Virus record (IMG/VR): IMGVR_UViG_3300018430_001101
Location: 1 to 64,000 of that record
Direction: 5' to 3' (one strand)
DNA length: 64,000 nt
Origin: a virus
Part shown: positions 35,401 to 43,970 of the stretch, piece after piece
Layout of the letters: each line of letters starts with the position of its first letter
Position numbering within the stretch: the first letter of the stretch is position 1
Program-made: the position numbers and the translations under genes
The notes under the pieces: generated by a model
The model's database searches: none
What the model was told of the DNA's origin: nothing
What the model saw: only the letters and a program-made list of their open reading frames with translations

Positions 35401-37013
35401 TCAGCGATATCGTCGTTGTCGTACTGCAGCATGAATTTCTCATCCCTCCCATCGTATCTTGACCAGGCGGCAAGGAATACCTCCGAGCAGTCCGCGCTCA
35501 TCCTCGTAAACTTCGGATGGATGCTCTTTTTCGTTGTACCCACAAGCTCGACGATCGCCCTTGCGCTGTCCCCGTAGAAACTGTACTTGTTCACAGGGCT
35601 TCCGAAGCCGCCAGTGAGTTCCTTCCTGGTGTACTTAAAGCCAAGGATGCCGGAAAGCTCCTCGATTTCTTCATTGCCTTCCCTGTTCGGGGACTTGTAA
35701 ATGCAGACTTTATGCACGCTCCCGCCTCTCATGTCGATACTGCCGTCGGTATATACAATTGCGGCGAAGGCAGCTTCTGCCTCCGTGATGCCCTTTTCCC
35801 TGGCGGTAATGCTGCTGCCATGGAACCTGACAGGAAGGTAATACGGCGTCTTCACGCCGAATATGTCCTCCGAACGGCGGATAACGTACTGGTCAAGGTT
35901 ATGCTTTTTGCAAAGCACCCTGTGGTCCGGGGTAACCGTCTGGCTGTATCCGCGCGCCCTGTACTGATGCAGCACTCCGTTATGTTCCTTTACAACGATC
36001 TCGTTAAGGGGGCACAGCTCAAGGGCGCCATTTTTCCAGGTGTAGATATTCTCCCCCTTCTTAAGGTCGTTGTAATGCTTCCAGCCTTCCTCGGTCAGGA
36101 TTTCAGTTGACGGCGGTACGCACCCCCATCTCGAAGGCGTGTTGACGCCGTAGATGAAGGACTGGATGCACTGCTTCACCTCCTGGTATGTCAGGTGGTC
36201 CGCCCTGACGAACGGGGCGAGGTAAGTGTCGAAGGACGAGAACGCCTGCGCCCCTGCCCACTCGTTCTGGAGGATCCCCAGGAAGTTGACCATCTGGTTG
36301 CAGAGCGTCGACAGGTGCTTTGCCGGGGCGGACGAGATCTTCCCGGGCACGCCGCCAAGCCCCTCCTGGATCAGCTGTTTCAGGCTCCATCCCGCGCAGT
36401 ACGGAGTCAGCATCGACAGGTCGTGCAGGTGGAGGAAGCACTGCCTGTGCGCCTGGGCGATGTCCTCGTCATAGACCTCGGACAGCCAGTAATTCGCCGT
36501 GACCGCCCCTGAGTTCGACAGGATCAGGCCGCCGACGCTCAGAGTGACGGTGGAGTTCTCCTTCACGCGCCAGTCCTTGTTCGCCCCTGTGTACCCCTCG
36601 ATCAGCTTTTTGTAGTCAAGGAGCGTCTTCTTCGCCTGCCGGGTCTTCCCATGCTGGCTGCGGTAGAGGATGTATGCCTTTGCCGTCTCCGGGTATCCCG
36701 ACTTCATCAGGGCCGCCTCGACCCTGTCCTGGATCTCTTCCACAGTGGGGATGGATTCCCGGCTTCCCCTATCAGTTCCTCCTGCAGGCATAGTGTCCAC
36801 AGTGGTTGTATCCGCATCGGGACCTGCAGTACCGTTGCCGCTTCCCTGCATCCCGCTGAGGAGCAGGATCACGATGGCTTCGGAGACGCCCTCCACATGT
36901 TCCGCATCGACCTCTCCCGATGCCCTGAATGCTTTTGCGACGGCATTCTCGATCTTCGACCTGTCAAAGTCCACGACCCTTCCGTCGCGCTTTTTTATCT
37001 TCCTGATGTCCAT
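32418..37013 (-). CDS. nrdD: Anaerobic ribonucleoside-triphosphate reductase (class III, NrdD) with ATP-cone, two LAGLIDADG inteins and C-terminal glutaredoxin/NrdH-like domain
   Basis: ATP-cone MDIRKIKKRDGRVVDFDRSKIENAVAKAF; NrdD core (GVNTPSRWG, CRLRLDLREL); zinc ribbon CEIHGY...CPECG; glycyl-radical motif RITGYYRPL; C-terminal CPNC redoxin domain. ORF-track 5' extension overlaps HNH gene, so start placed at ATG 37013. Confidence 0.85.
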   Translation of the reverse strand: MDIRKIKKRDGRVVDFDRSKIENAVAKAFRASGEVDAEHVEGVSEAIVILLLSGMQGSGNGTAGPDADTTTVDTMPAGGTDRGSRESIPTVEEIQDRVEAALMKSGYPETAKAYILYRSQHGKTRQAKKTLLDYKKLIEGYTGANKDWRVKENSTVTLSVGGLILSNSGAVTANYWLSEVYDEDIAQAHRQCFLHLHDLSMLTPYCAGWSLKQLIQEGLGGVPGKISSAPAKHLSTLCNQMVNFLGILQNEWAGAQAFSSFDTYLAPFVRADHLTYQEVKQCIQSFIYGVNTPSRWGCVPPSTEILTEEGWKHYNDLKKGENIYTWKNGALELCPLNEIVVKEHNGVLHQYRARGYSQTVTPDHRVLCKKHNLDQYVIRRSEDIFGVKTPYYLPVRFHGSSITAREKGITEAEAAFAAIVYTDGSIDMRGGSVHKVCIYKSPNREGNEEIEELSGILGFKYTRKELTGGFGSPVNKYSFYGDSARAIVELVGTTKKSIHPKFTRMSADCSEVFLAAWSRYDGRDEKFMLQYDNDDIADALQHIALRAGYTSFKHHTRKANYVKIRKTENVQPSTRTEIPYKGIVWCPNDDNGTAVFRSADGEVFISGQCQAPFTNVTLDWTCPPDMKDLPAIVGGKEMDFTYGDCKKEMDMVNKAFIEIMLEGDANGRGFQYPIPTYSITNDFDWSDTENNRLLFEMTAKYGTPYYSNYVSSDMKPSDVRAMCPLHGKEKVLVRDDYAREFHISPIESLYKACERNGRREKTYEVILNGETKRARIHRYDNQRFYRIRTVNGHEVVLSASHANLVLGNDIKRTDELTAGDYLPFNVVPFDGSGLSYDDGLMVGAFMGDGSLREANGITFSLNRTSKAGLMADIIKLAEGRYGGKVAINDLKNHCVNVTVYSRMLRGLIEEYVSGKALSKELNPKCIGKSLAFREGILDGYRRTDGGTKNRIYSASKKAVESMAAMLMSMGIPSRISMDDRDSTTTLSDNPVYSIRPYSVDNGQKSYGDVYVKEDGYMWFRIQSISEVENGSHIGYCFEVLDDSEPYFTLPCGLVTHNCRLRLDLRELRKKGGGFFGSGESTGSVGVVTLNLPRLAYLSGSEEDFYVMLDHYMDLAARSLKIKRRTITGLMEGGLYPYTKRYLGSFENHFSTIGIVGMNEAIENATWLDGDITGKEGHQFALDVLNHMRNRLSDYQEQYGDLYNLEATPAESTTYRFAKHDVEEFPDIITAEKNGGAPFYTNSTHLPVGFTDDIFDALELEDDMQVLYTSGTVFHGFLGQELRDWKAARDLVRKIAENFRLPYYTLTPTYSVCEIHGYIPGKHFTCPECGREAEVYSRITGYYRPLRNWNDGKASEFRERVTYAEDRLDGPVTGTVKGKVMAKVRVRGEVSLEDLTETETVAGNSTVDRHTATDRHATVENGDAGIPADKDYPENQKKAVLVATRTCPNCKAAKKMLDKAGIRYRVIFADTDPGMMYADSLGIMQAPALVVEVPASSTDCGTVSGGGTQVYKSTKVYEGIGMIAGYIKGQSG
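32421..32730 (-). other. Glutaredoxin/NrdH-like domain (CPNC active site) fused to C-terminus of NrdD
   Basis: KKAVLVATRTCPNCKAAKKMLDKAGIRYRVI...MQAPALVV after the glycyl-radical motif. Confidence 0.6.
33843..34847 (-). mobile_element. Intein 2 of NrdD (335 aa, LAGLIDADG)
   Basis: Begins CPLHGKEKVLV after DVRAM; ends CGLVTHN followed by CRLRLDL (Asn codon 33843-33845 verified). Motifs LMVGAFMGDGS and EGILDGYRRTDGG. Confidence 0.8.
35190..36122 (-). mobile_element. Intein 1 of NrdD (about 311 aa, LAGLIDADG), atypical C-terminal ...SGQ
   Basis: Begins CVPPSTEILTEEG after NTPSRWG; LAGLIDADG-like AAIVYTDGSID and LAAWSRYDGRD; host sequence resumes CQAPFTNVTLDW. No HN at C-terminus, so boundary approximate. 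Confidence 0.55.
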
Positions 37014-37183
37014 ATCTTCGTCTCCGTTTCTCACTCTGTCCCGCTTCTCCTGCTGCATTTCGCCCGTCCTGCTTCTCCTGCCGCGTTCCATCTGTCCCGC
37101 TTCTTCTGACCGAATCGGATCCGCTCTCACCGCTGCCACGTCGTCGGGATGCAGGTCGCAGGATGCAGGACGCAGCTGGGCCG

Positions 37184-37543
37184 TCAGTACCTGTACACGG
37201 GGTGCATGTCCTGCGCCCCCGTCTTCATGCTGTGGTGGGAATGGCAGAGCGCCTGCCAGTTGCCCTCGTCCCAGAAAAGCTCCGGGTCTCCGCGGTGCGG
37301 CACGATGTGGTCCACGTCGGTCGCCTTCACGTACTGTCCCTGCCGATAGCACTCCACGCACAGCGGATGGGCTTCAAGGTACCGCTTCCTGGCTTTCTGC
37401 CAGCGGCTCCCATAACCCCGCTTAGATGCAGAGCGGTTCTCTTCCGGGTGCAACTGCTTATGTTTCTCACAGTATCTCGTCCCAGCATCTACCAGTTCCG
37501 GGCATCCCTGATGGCGGCAGGGCACTCTCGGTTTCGTAGGCAT
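37184..37543 (-). CDS. HNH endonuclease
   Basis: CxxC pairs plus DVDHIVPHRGDPELFWDEGNWQALCHSHH (HNH motif). Confidence 0.8.
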   Translation of the reverse strand: MPTKPRVPCRHQGCPELVDAGTRYCEKHKQLHPEENRSASKRGYGSRWQKARKRYLEAHPLCVECYRQGQYVKATDVDHIVPHRGDPELFWDEGNWQALCHSHHSMKTGAQDMHPVYRY

Positions 37544-37547
37544 CGTC

Positions 37548-38723
37548 TTACACCTCCCACGGCAGCCCGGCCTTTCCGAAGTGGCCGTAGGCGCTTACCC
37601 TGTTGTAGTCCACGTCCAGAAGTCCCATCTTCTCGATGATGCCCCTCGGTGTAAGGTCGTAAGATCTCCTCACCCAGGCTTCAATCTCATCGGTTCCCAC
37701 AGTTCCCTCGCCTCCCGCGGCTCTCTCGGTCCTCTCGATCCTCTCGATCCCGAATGTGTCCACGCTGATTCCCACGGGCTCCGCCACTCCGATGGCGTAT
37801 GCGAGCTGGACTTCGCACCTGTCGGCGTAACCGGCACGCACGATGTCCTTCGCGATCTTTCTCGCCATGTAAGCCCCGGACCTGTCGACCTTGGAGGGAT
37901 CCTTGCCGCTTAATGCCCCGCCTCCGATGTGTCCCACGCCCCCGTAGGTGTCGCAGGCGAGCTTGCGGCCCGTCACGCCGCAGTCTGCAAAAGGGCCGCC
38001 GATGACGAACCTGCCCGTCGGGTTGACCAGCTTTGCGAAGTCATGGTTTAAACCGTACTCCGATGCCGCCAGCACCATCATGACCTCGATGATGTGGCGG
38101 AAGTCCTCCACTTCCACGTCAGGAGAGTGCTGGACGCTGCACAGAAATGTCGTGATCCTGCCGCTGTCGTAGTCGAAGCTGACCTGTGCTTTCGCATCGG
38201 CACGGAACATCCCGCTCGGATAGCTCTTAAGCATCTGCAGGAACTTCGTAGCAACCGCAAAGGGGACCGGCAGCATCTCCGGCGTCTCGTTTGTCGCGTA
38301 GCCGTACATGATGCCCTGGTCTCCCGCGCCGCCCTTGTCCACGCCGAGGGCGATGTCAGGAGACTGGCGGGTGACGAGGATCCCGATGTCGGAGCCGTTG
38401 ATGCTGTAATCCAGGCTTCCCCGGCCTCCATTATGGCCTCCCGTGCTTCCACCGTATCCAGCTCCCCGGCTGTAGATCCCCCCGAGCCTCTCACGCCCAA
38501 TCCTGTCAAACACTGACTCTACGAGTGACCTGTAGTCCGGCTTGTGCGTGCTCGTCAGCTCCCCGGCGATCGTGATGTGCTCGTCCTTCACGAGGACTTC
38601 CATCGCCACGCGGCTGCTTTTGTCATGCTTCATACAGTCCGTCACGATGGCGTCCGCGATCTGGTCACAGATCTTGTCCGGATGCCCGTCCGATACCTGC
38701 TCACATGTAATGATCCTGCCCAT
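37548..38723 (-). CDS. metK: S-adenosylmethionine synthetase (MetK)
   Basis: SDGHPDKICDQIADAI, GGGAFSGKDP-like and DRSGAYMARKIAKD hallmark motifs; start at ATG 38723 preceded by GAGGAGAGGAGG. Confidence 0.9.
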   Translation of the reverse strand: MGRIITCEQVSDGHPDKICDQIADAIVTDCMKHDKSSRVAMEVLVKDEHITIAGELTSTHKPDYRSLVESVFDRIGRERLGGIYSRGAGYGGSTGGHNGGRGSLDYSINGSDIGILVTRQSPDIALGVDKGGAGDQGIMYGYATNETPEMLPVPFAVATKFLQMLKSYPSGMFRADAKAQVSFDYDSGRITTFLCSVQHSPDVEVEDFRHIIEVMMVLAASEYGLNHDFAKLVNPTGRFVIGGPFADCGVTGRKLACDTYGGVGHIGGGALSGKDPSKVDRSGAYMARKIAKDIVRAGYADRCEVQLAYAIGVAEPVGISVDTFGIERIERTERAAGGEGTVGTDEIEAWVRRSYDLTPRGIIEKMGLLDVDYNRVSAYGHFGKAGLPWEV

Positions 38724-38782
38724 AGGATCCTCCTCTCCTCTGAAGCTTTCCACATATCTGCTTCATCCTGCGGCGCACTGTA

Positions 38783-39037
38783 TTATTCGCTTTCAGCCTC
38801 AGGCCGTTCATCGCTCTCTGCATCCGTACTACGCGCCACTTCCGTTCCGCTGCCCATTTCCGTTCCGCTGCCCACTTCTTCCTCGAACACGACGACTGCC
38901 ATGGGAATCATATCCCTTCTCGTGGACAGTGGATAAATGCTCCCGATGCGCCAGCCCGGATGTGTATCAAGCCATCTGTTAAGATAGTCCTCAAAATCTT
39001 TTCCGGAATTGATGCGTCCTACTTTAACCATCTGCAT
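38783..39037 (-). CDS. Hypothetical protein
   Basis: 84-aa ORF. Confidence 0.35.
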   Translation of the reverse strand: MQMVKVGRINSGKDFEDYLNRWLDTHPGWRIGSIYPLSTRRDMIPMAVVVFEEEVGSGTEMGSGTEVARSTDAESDERPEAESE

Positions 39038-39289
39038 CTGATCTCTCCTCCTTCTCTACGGGCTTCCCAACCACACTGCTGTCCCACCCTGGCTACTGCT
39101 CCTGCACCTGCTGCGCCATTTTCCCCACAGTCTGCTGCTCCTGTGTCTCCCACAGTCTCCCATAGTCTGCCGCTCACAGTTGAACCTATAAAAACAGCTG
39201 CAAACCTGCGGCGCATACATCTGGCACATGTCTCATCCGTATATCCTTCCCACATGCCCTATATATGCCCTATACGCATCCATTTTTTT

Positions 39290-39640
39290 CTTTGTTGCTA
39301 TTTGTTGCTATAAAAAACCTTAAATATCTATAAAGAAAGTAAAAATAGAAAAATAGGGTTTTTGCTTGCCACTTGTCGCAACCAGCAATAATTAACGGTT
39401 TTTCAATTATTATTAAGCGTGTGGAAAACCACCTGTTGGAAACTGTGAGAAACTGTGGAAATTGTCAAACTCCCTTGATTTTACTGCGTTTCACGGCATT
39501 TCACGGCAAATCTGCCCGTCTAATCATCATCTCAAAAGCGCCAAATATAGACGTTATTACGTTTGCCGATGTGTTGCAGGTCTGTTGCTGATATGTTGCC
39601 GGTCTGTTGCCGGTCTGTTGCGGCTTCTGCGCCCTCATGA
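39290..39640. repeat. Putative replication origin: AT-rich stretch plus clustered direct repeats (GAAACTGTG x2, TTTCACGGCA x2, TGTTGC(C/A)GGTC x4-5)
   Basis: Seen at 39421-39510 and 39569-39625, immediately downstream of the primase-helicase gene. Confidence 0.45.
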
Positions 39641-39705
39641 CCGCTTTTGAACGGCCTGAACCAGCCCCTGTCGCCGCTAATTGCCGCCAAAACAGATCCT
39701 CACCA

Positions 39706-42306
39706 TCATTCCAAAAACGGGAATTCACCCTTTTCAGCCAGCAACGCCGCCTTGAGCTGCGCGTCGCTTTCCGGGTCGGTCCCCCTCTCCTGTTTCAGGA
39801 AGCGGCACCCGATGAACATTGGCGTGGCGGACCCGCTCCCGTCGGCAGGGCGCTTCTTCTGGACAGGGAAGAACCTCTGCATGGAGGTCTTGAAATTGGC
39901 CCGGCTCTCAGGCCGGTAATTGTTGTCCTCGCACCACGTGGTATACAGCGTGTATGCGGCGCTCGTCCTGACCTCGTAGGTCTCCCCCTCTTCCATCCAG
40001 GCCTCGACGAACTGCCCGATCCTGTCAGACTCCTCCTGGTAGTCCCTGATGGCGTCGGTCACTGCCTGCGGCTCGGCAAGCTTCTCCTCCCTGAACCTGC
40101 GGTATCCCTCATAGCACCAGTTGAAGATGCCGGACAGGTTATCCGGCCTCGCGAAGAACTTCTTAAGGTCTGTGTCCTGCTCTTCCTCCGGGAAGTGCCT
40201 CTTGAACGGGATGATCTTGAGGCGCTTCGAGTCGAACAGCGTCATGTCCGTCACTGTCGGCCTGTAGTTCGTGTTGATGAAGATCTTGAAGTTCGGGCGG
40301 AAGTCGAAGCTGTTCTCATGCAGGAACCGCGCGTTCAGCGTGTCGTTGCCTGTCATCCTCTTGACGAGAGCCGCGTTGAAGGAGATCCTCTTCTCCGGCT
40401 CCGAAATGTTGACGAACCTCGCCCCGGCAAGCCTTGCGATCTCCTCAGACGGGCCGGACGAGCTGGCATTCCCGAACTTCGCGGACAGCATCTCCGGGTT
40501 CGAAGTCTTCCCGTAGTCGCCCACGATTTTGAGGAACGTCTCCATCGTGGTTCCCTTCCCATTGCGGCTCGTCGCGCCGAACAGGATGAACAGGCATTCC
40601 AGGGACGTATCCCCCGTGAGCGCGTACCCCAGGGCTTTCTGCAGGTACAGCGCGATGTCGGCATTCCCGAGCATGACTTCCTGCACGAACTGCTCCCACC
40701 TGGGGCATGACGCGCCCGGGTCATAATCGATCCCGGAGATCATCGTCAGGAAGTCTGCGGGGTCGTGCCCCCGGAATTCGCCGGTCTCCAGATCCAGCGT
40801 GCCGTTCCGGCAGTTGAACAGGTAGATGCTCCTGTCAAACACCCTGTGGGCGACCGGGTGGACGGACTTCGCGTCTTCGATCATCGTCCTCCGGTTCTTC
40901 CTGAGCTGGAGCTTCTGCACCCTCTTGATGTAACGGTTCCTGACGTCCTCGTCCTTTATCTGCAGCGCGAACATGTACAGGCTGTTCGCCAGCTTCTTTG
41001 CCAGCTCCATGACCGCGAGGCCGCCCTCGTCGGGCCTCCACGCCTTCCCATCATAGACATACCAGATGCCCCGGTCGCGGTCGAACCTGGCGATCGGCTT
41101 GTAATAGTCTGCAAAGGCGTTCCCGATGCCGATCTCGTCCCTCTGGTAGCGCGGGTTCGTGTGCGGCTGCATCTCCTCCAGCGTGAGCTTCACATGGGAT
41201 GTGTCCGGCTCGAAGTCAGGCTTATCGCCCTTCCTGCCCTTCCTCTTCCGGCGGCGCGGGCCTGTGCACGAGCTGTCCGGATCGTCCAAGTCATTGGGAC
41301 CATCGGTGTCATCCAGATCGCCAGCATCGAAGTCATCCGGATCATCAAAGTCATCCGGATCTCCCAGATCAGCAAAGTCTTCCTCAGGGGCGCTCACTTC
41401 TACAGGCAGGTAAATGGTGCTGTTCGTCGCCACGGCATTCCGGATCGTGATCTGGCCGTATGCGGCATCCCCGGCCGAGCGGTCCCACTTGTCGCGCATA
41501 AGGCCGGACGTGCGGAAGATCCTGTCGATCTGCTCAGAGTCATTCCCGCACCAGAACGCCAGCATGGAAACGAATGCCATGTCCGCGTCGGACTGGGAAC
41601 CGTAGAAGCCTTCCCATTTGCCTCCATACAGCGCCTTGAACTTCTCTCCCGAAGCGGACCTTGAAGCGCGCTCAACCACCTGCTCATCCGAAAGATAGGA
41701 ACACGGTTCCACAGTAGTATTGGAGACGCGGGCCTTCCGCTTCATGAACGTGTCCAGGACGGAGCGCAGGGCTTCCATGTCAAGCGGCACGGAACCCGTG
41801 CGGTACACGTCCCCTGTCACCGTGACGAACCGGTTCGTCGTTCCGGGAAGGTATACCTCCATCCCGAGCTTCCGGTTGTTGATGTAATACACGGTCCTGT
41901 CATAGGCGAAGTCCGGGGAGAGCATGAAGAAACCACGAAGGCCCGTGCCGGAGGGGGAACGTTCAAAATAGGCATCTTTGAAGAATCCAAGCACGGAAGC
42001 GGCCACGTCGTTCAGGCTGCCGTCCTCCCGGATGCAGTGGTCGATGTCAATGGCTCCGATCCCTTCCGAGACCCGGAAGCCTATGCCGTCCCAGTCCGGG
42101 TGGCCTTCCGTTCCGCCTAAGGCGTAGGCCTTCATGGCAGTGGCAAAGTCAGAGAAGGTGGACGGTGTGTTCGTCTGCGCCTTGCTGCCTGTCTTCGGGT
42201 TATAGGGGACCTTCGCCATCTTCCCCTGCCGCAGTTCCCTTTTCCACACGCAGAACGACGCGTTCTGCTTCAGCTCCTGCGGTATGTTCACGAAATTCAC
42301 GCCCAT
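39706..42306 (-). CDS. Primase-polymerase / D5-type SF3 helicase (phage/plasmid primase P4 family)
   Basis: N-terminal prim-pol-like region (FCVWKRE), acidic linker, P-loop GATSRNGKGT, 866 aa. Confidence 0.8.
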   Translation of the reverse strand: MGVNFVNIPQELKQNASFCVWKRELRQGKMAKVPYNPKTGSKAQTNTPSTFSDFATAMKAYALGGTEGHPDWDGIGFRVSEGIGAIDIDHCIREDGSLNDVAASVLGFFKDAYFERSPSGTGLRGFFMLSPDFAYDRTVYYINNRKLGMEVYLPGTTNRFVTVTGDVYRTGSVPLDMEALRSVLDTFMKRKARVSNTTVEPCSYLSDEQVVERASRSASGEKFKALYGGKWEGFYGSQSDADMAFVSMLAFWCGNDSEQIDRIFRTSGLMRDKWDRSAGDAAYGQITIRNAVATNSTIYLPVEVSAPEEDFADLGDPDDFDDPDDFDAGDLDDTDGPNDLDDPDSSCTGPRRRKRKGRKGDKPDFEPDTSHVKLTLEEMQPHTNPRYQRDEIGIGNAFADYYKPIARFDRDRGIWYVYDGKAWRPDEGGLAVMELAKKLANSLYMFALQIKDEDVRNRYIKRVQKLQLRKNRRTMIEDAKSVHPVAHRVFDRSIYLFNCRNGTLDLETGEFRGHDPADFLTMISGIDYDPGASCPRWEQFVQEVMLGNADIALYLQKALGYALTGDTSLECLFILFGATSRNGKGTTMETFLKIVGDYGKTSNPEMLSAKFGNASSSGPSEEIARLAGARFVNISEPEKRISFNAALVKRMTGNDTLNARFLHENSFDFRPNFKIFINTNYRPTVTDMTLFDSKRLKIIPFKRHFPEEEQDTDLKKFFARPDNLSGIFNWCYEGYRRFREEKLAEPQAVTDAIRDYQEESDRIGQFVEAWMEEGETYEVRTSAAYTLYTTWCEDNNYRPESRANFKTSMQRFFPVQKKRPADGSGSATPMFIGCRFLKQERGTDPESDAQLKAALLAEKGEFPFLE

Positions 42307-42388
42307 GTGGATGCCCTCCTGTTCTTTCTCTGTCCTGATGCTTCTGTCCTGTCTTATCCTGGCTCTGCTGCTCTACTTCAGTACTTGA

Positions 42389-43111
42389 CTACCGTTCCTG
42401 GGTTTCATCTGTACCTGCATCATTGGAACCGGGGGAAACGTGAGAACCTGCACACCCTGCATACCCTGCGTATCCCGCATACCCCGGATCGCAGATATCG
42501 GCTGGAACCTGGGTGATGGGAACCGGGTCGAAGGGAGCCGGCGTGGAAAACTCCAGATGCCCGGCTACGGCTTCCTCGATTTCCCGGAGCTTCAGCCCGT
42601 CCGTGATGCGGCCCATGTCGCTCACGAGGGCCTGGGGGCTGATCGTCGTGATCTGCTCCGCCATGGTCAGGCCCGGTTTGAACGTCCTGCCCTCGCCCCG
42701 GCCGGTGAGGTCGGCTTCCGTGACCGGCACGTGCGTCGGGAGGTAGTACCTCTTGTGCTTCGTTGTCATCGGCACCACCGTCGCGACTTCGCGCTTCATG
42801 TTCGCTTCCTCATTGGACAGCACCACGACCGGCCTGCAGCCTTCCTCCACGCACGTCCCGGGGTGGAGCCCCAGCTGCGCGAACCAGACATCGCCCCTGT
42901 GGATCTCCCTTGCCGGGAACCTGCGGATCCTGCAGCGCCCTGCCACAATTGTGTCGGGGAGTGCGGTCGGCACCTCCTGATGTCCGGGATAGAAGGTTGT
43001 GTTCCGATGGCCGCTGTGCGCTTTGCCACTGTGCCTGCCGTGGTTGTTTCTACGGTTGCTGCGCTTCCTGGGATTTCTGTTGATCCTGTTATGATGTTCA
43101 AGTCTTCTCAT
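42389..43111 (-). CDS. MazF/PemK-fold endoribonuclease-like protein with basic N-terminal and Gly/Tyr/Ala-rich C-terminal extensions
   Basis: Core IHRGDVWFAQLG...RPVVVLSNEEANMKREVATVVPMTT...LTMAEQITTI matches PemK/MazF pattern; ATG 43111 after AGGAGAG SD. Confidence 0.65.
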   Translation of the reverse strand: MRRLEHHNRINRNPRKRSNRRNNHGRHSGKAHSGHRNTTFYPGHQEVPTALPDTIVAGRCRIRRFPAREIHRGDVWFAQLGLHPGTCVEEGCRPVVVLSNEEANMKREVATVVPMTTKHKRYYLPTHVPVTEADLTGRGEGRTFKPGLTMAEQITTISPQALVSDMGRITDGLKLREIEEAVAGHLEFSTPAPFDPVPITQVPADICDPGYAGYAGYAGCAGSHVSPGSNDAGTDETQER

Positions 43112-43442
43112 CTTCAATCTCTCCTGTGCATATCTGCTGCTCTGTATCCTCCTGCCCCGGCGTCTCAGCTCCTGTCCATCCCGGCATTCCCCCATCCACT
43201 TCACCAGCGGAAGTTAAAGAGGACGCCAGGGCATAAAAAATGCCGGGAGCGGCTTTGGCACCGCCCTCGGCAAATGGAAAAGGAGACTAAGCTATGGACT
43301 TCATCTTTGTGCGTTCCTGCGGAAGCTTTCGTTTGTGTTTCTGTGTTTGTCTTCCGCTTTCGCGCATTGTAATAATAGCACATTTTTTACTACGCTTTTT
43401 GAGCCGAAAAGTATCATCGAAACTGCCAAAAAGTATCATTTC

Positions 43443-43970
43443 TTACGGAACGCACATGAGTTCAGGAACCAAACTGCTTTGCATTCTCAATCTGAATTGA
43501 ATCTCCTCCCTGACAGCTTCTATCCCTTTTCTTTTTATGCGTTTTATTGTGATAATTGAAAGCCCGTATTTTTCCATGGCTTCTTCAAACGACAACTTCT
43601 CAAAGAATAAATCCTTGATGATCTCCCTGTCCCGATCAACTTCTTTCCCAGACAGTCTTTCAGAAAGTGCAACGTCCACGATGCCTTCTAATTCCATGTT
43701 CATAAGATAATCCCGCAGCACCTTTTTATCACGGGCAGACAGGATATCTCCCCGAAGGGCGTGCATAAGCCTTGTGGAAATCTCAACATCTGAAAGCCCG
43801 TTATTGACTCCAAATGTCCTCAACAGTGACGGCCTGTTCTTCTCTATCAATCTGCGTTCACGGATGAACCTGTTATACGAAAAGAGCATTTTCTTTTCTG
43901 CCCCGTCCTGGGACAGGTATTTAATGGTTCCCTCGCTAAACGGAAGATCCAAATAATATCCCCCATTCAT
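43443..43970 (-). CDS. ArpU/sigma-70 region-4-like transcriptional regulator (candidate late-gene activator)
   Basis: C-terminal LSFEEAMEKYGLSIITIKRIKRKGIEAVRE helix-turn-helix resembling sigma region 4 / ArpU family. Confidence 0.55.
   Translation of the reverse strand: MNGGYYLDLPFSEGTIKYLSQDGAEKKMLFSYNRFIRERRLIEKNRPSLLRTFGVNNGLSDVEISTRLMHALRGDILSARDKKVLRDYLMNMELEGIVDVALSERLSGKEVDRDREIIKDLFFEKLSFEEAMEKYGLSIITIKRIKRKGIEAVREEIQFRLRMQSSLVPELMCVP

Noticed and set aside
39607-41664. Plus-strand ORFs of 367 and 299 aa
   Set aside because: Antisense of the primase-helicase gene, whose P-loop and prim-pol motifs define the true frame.
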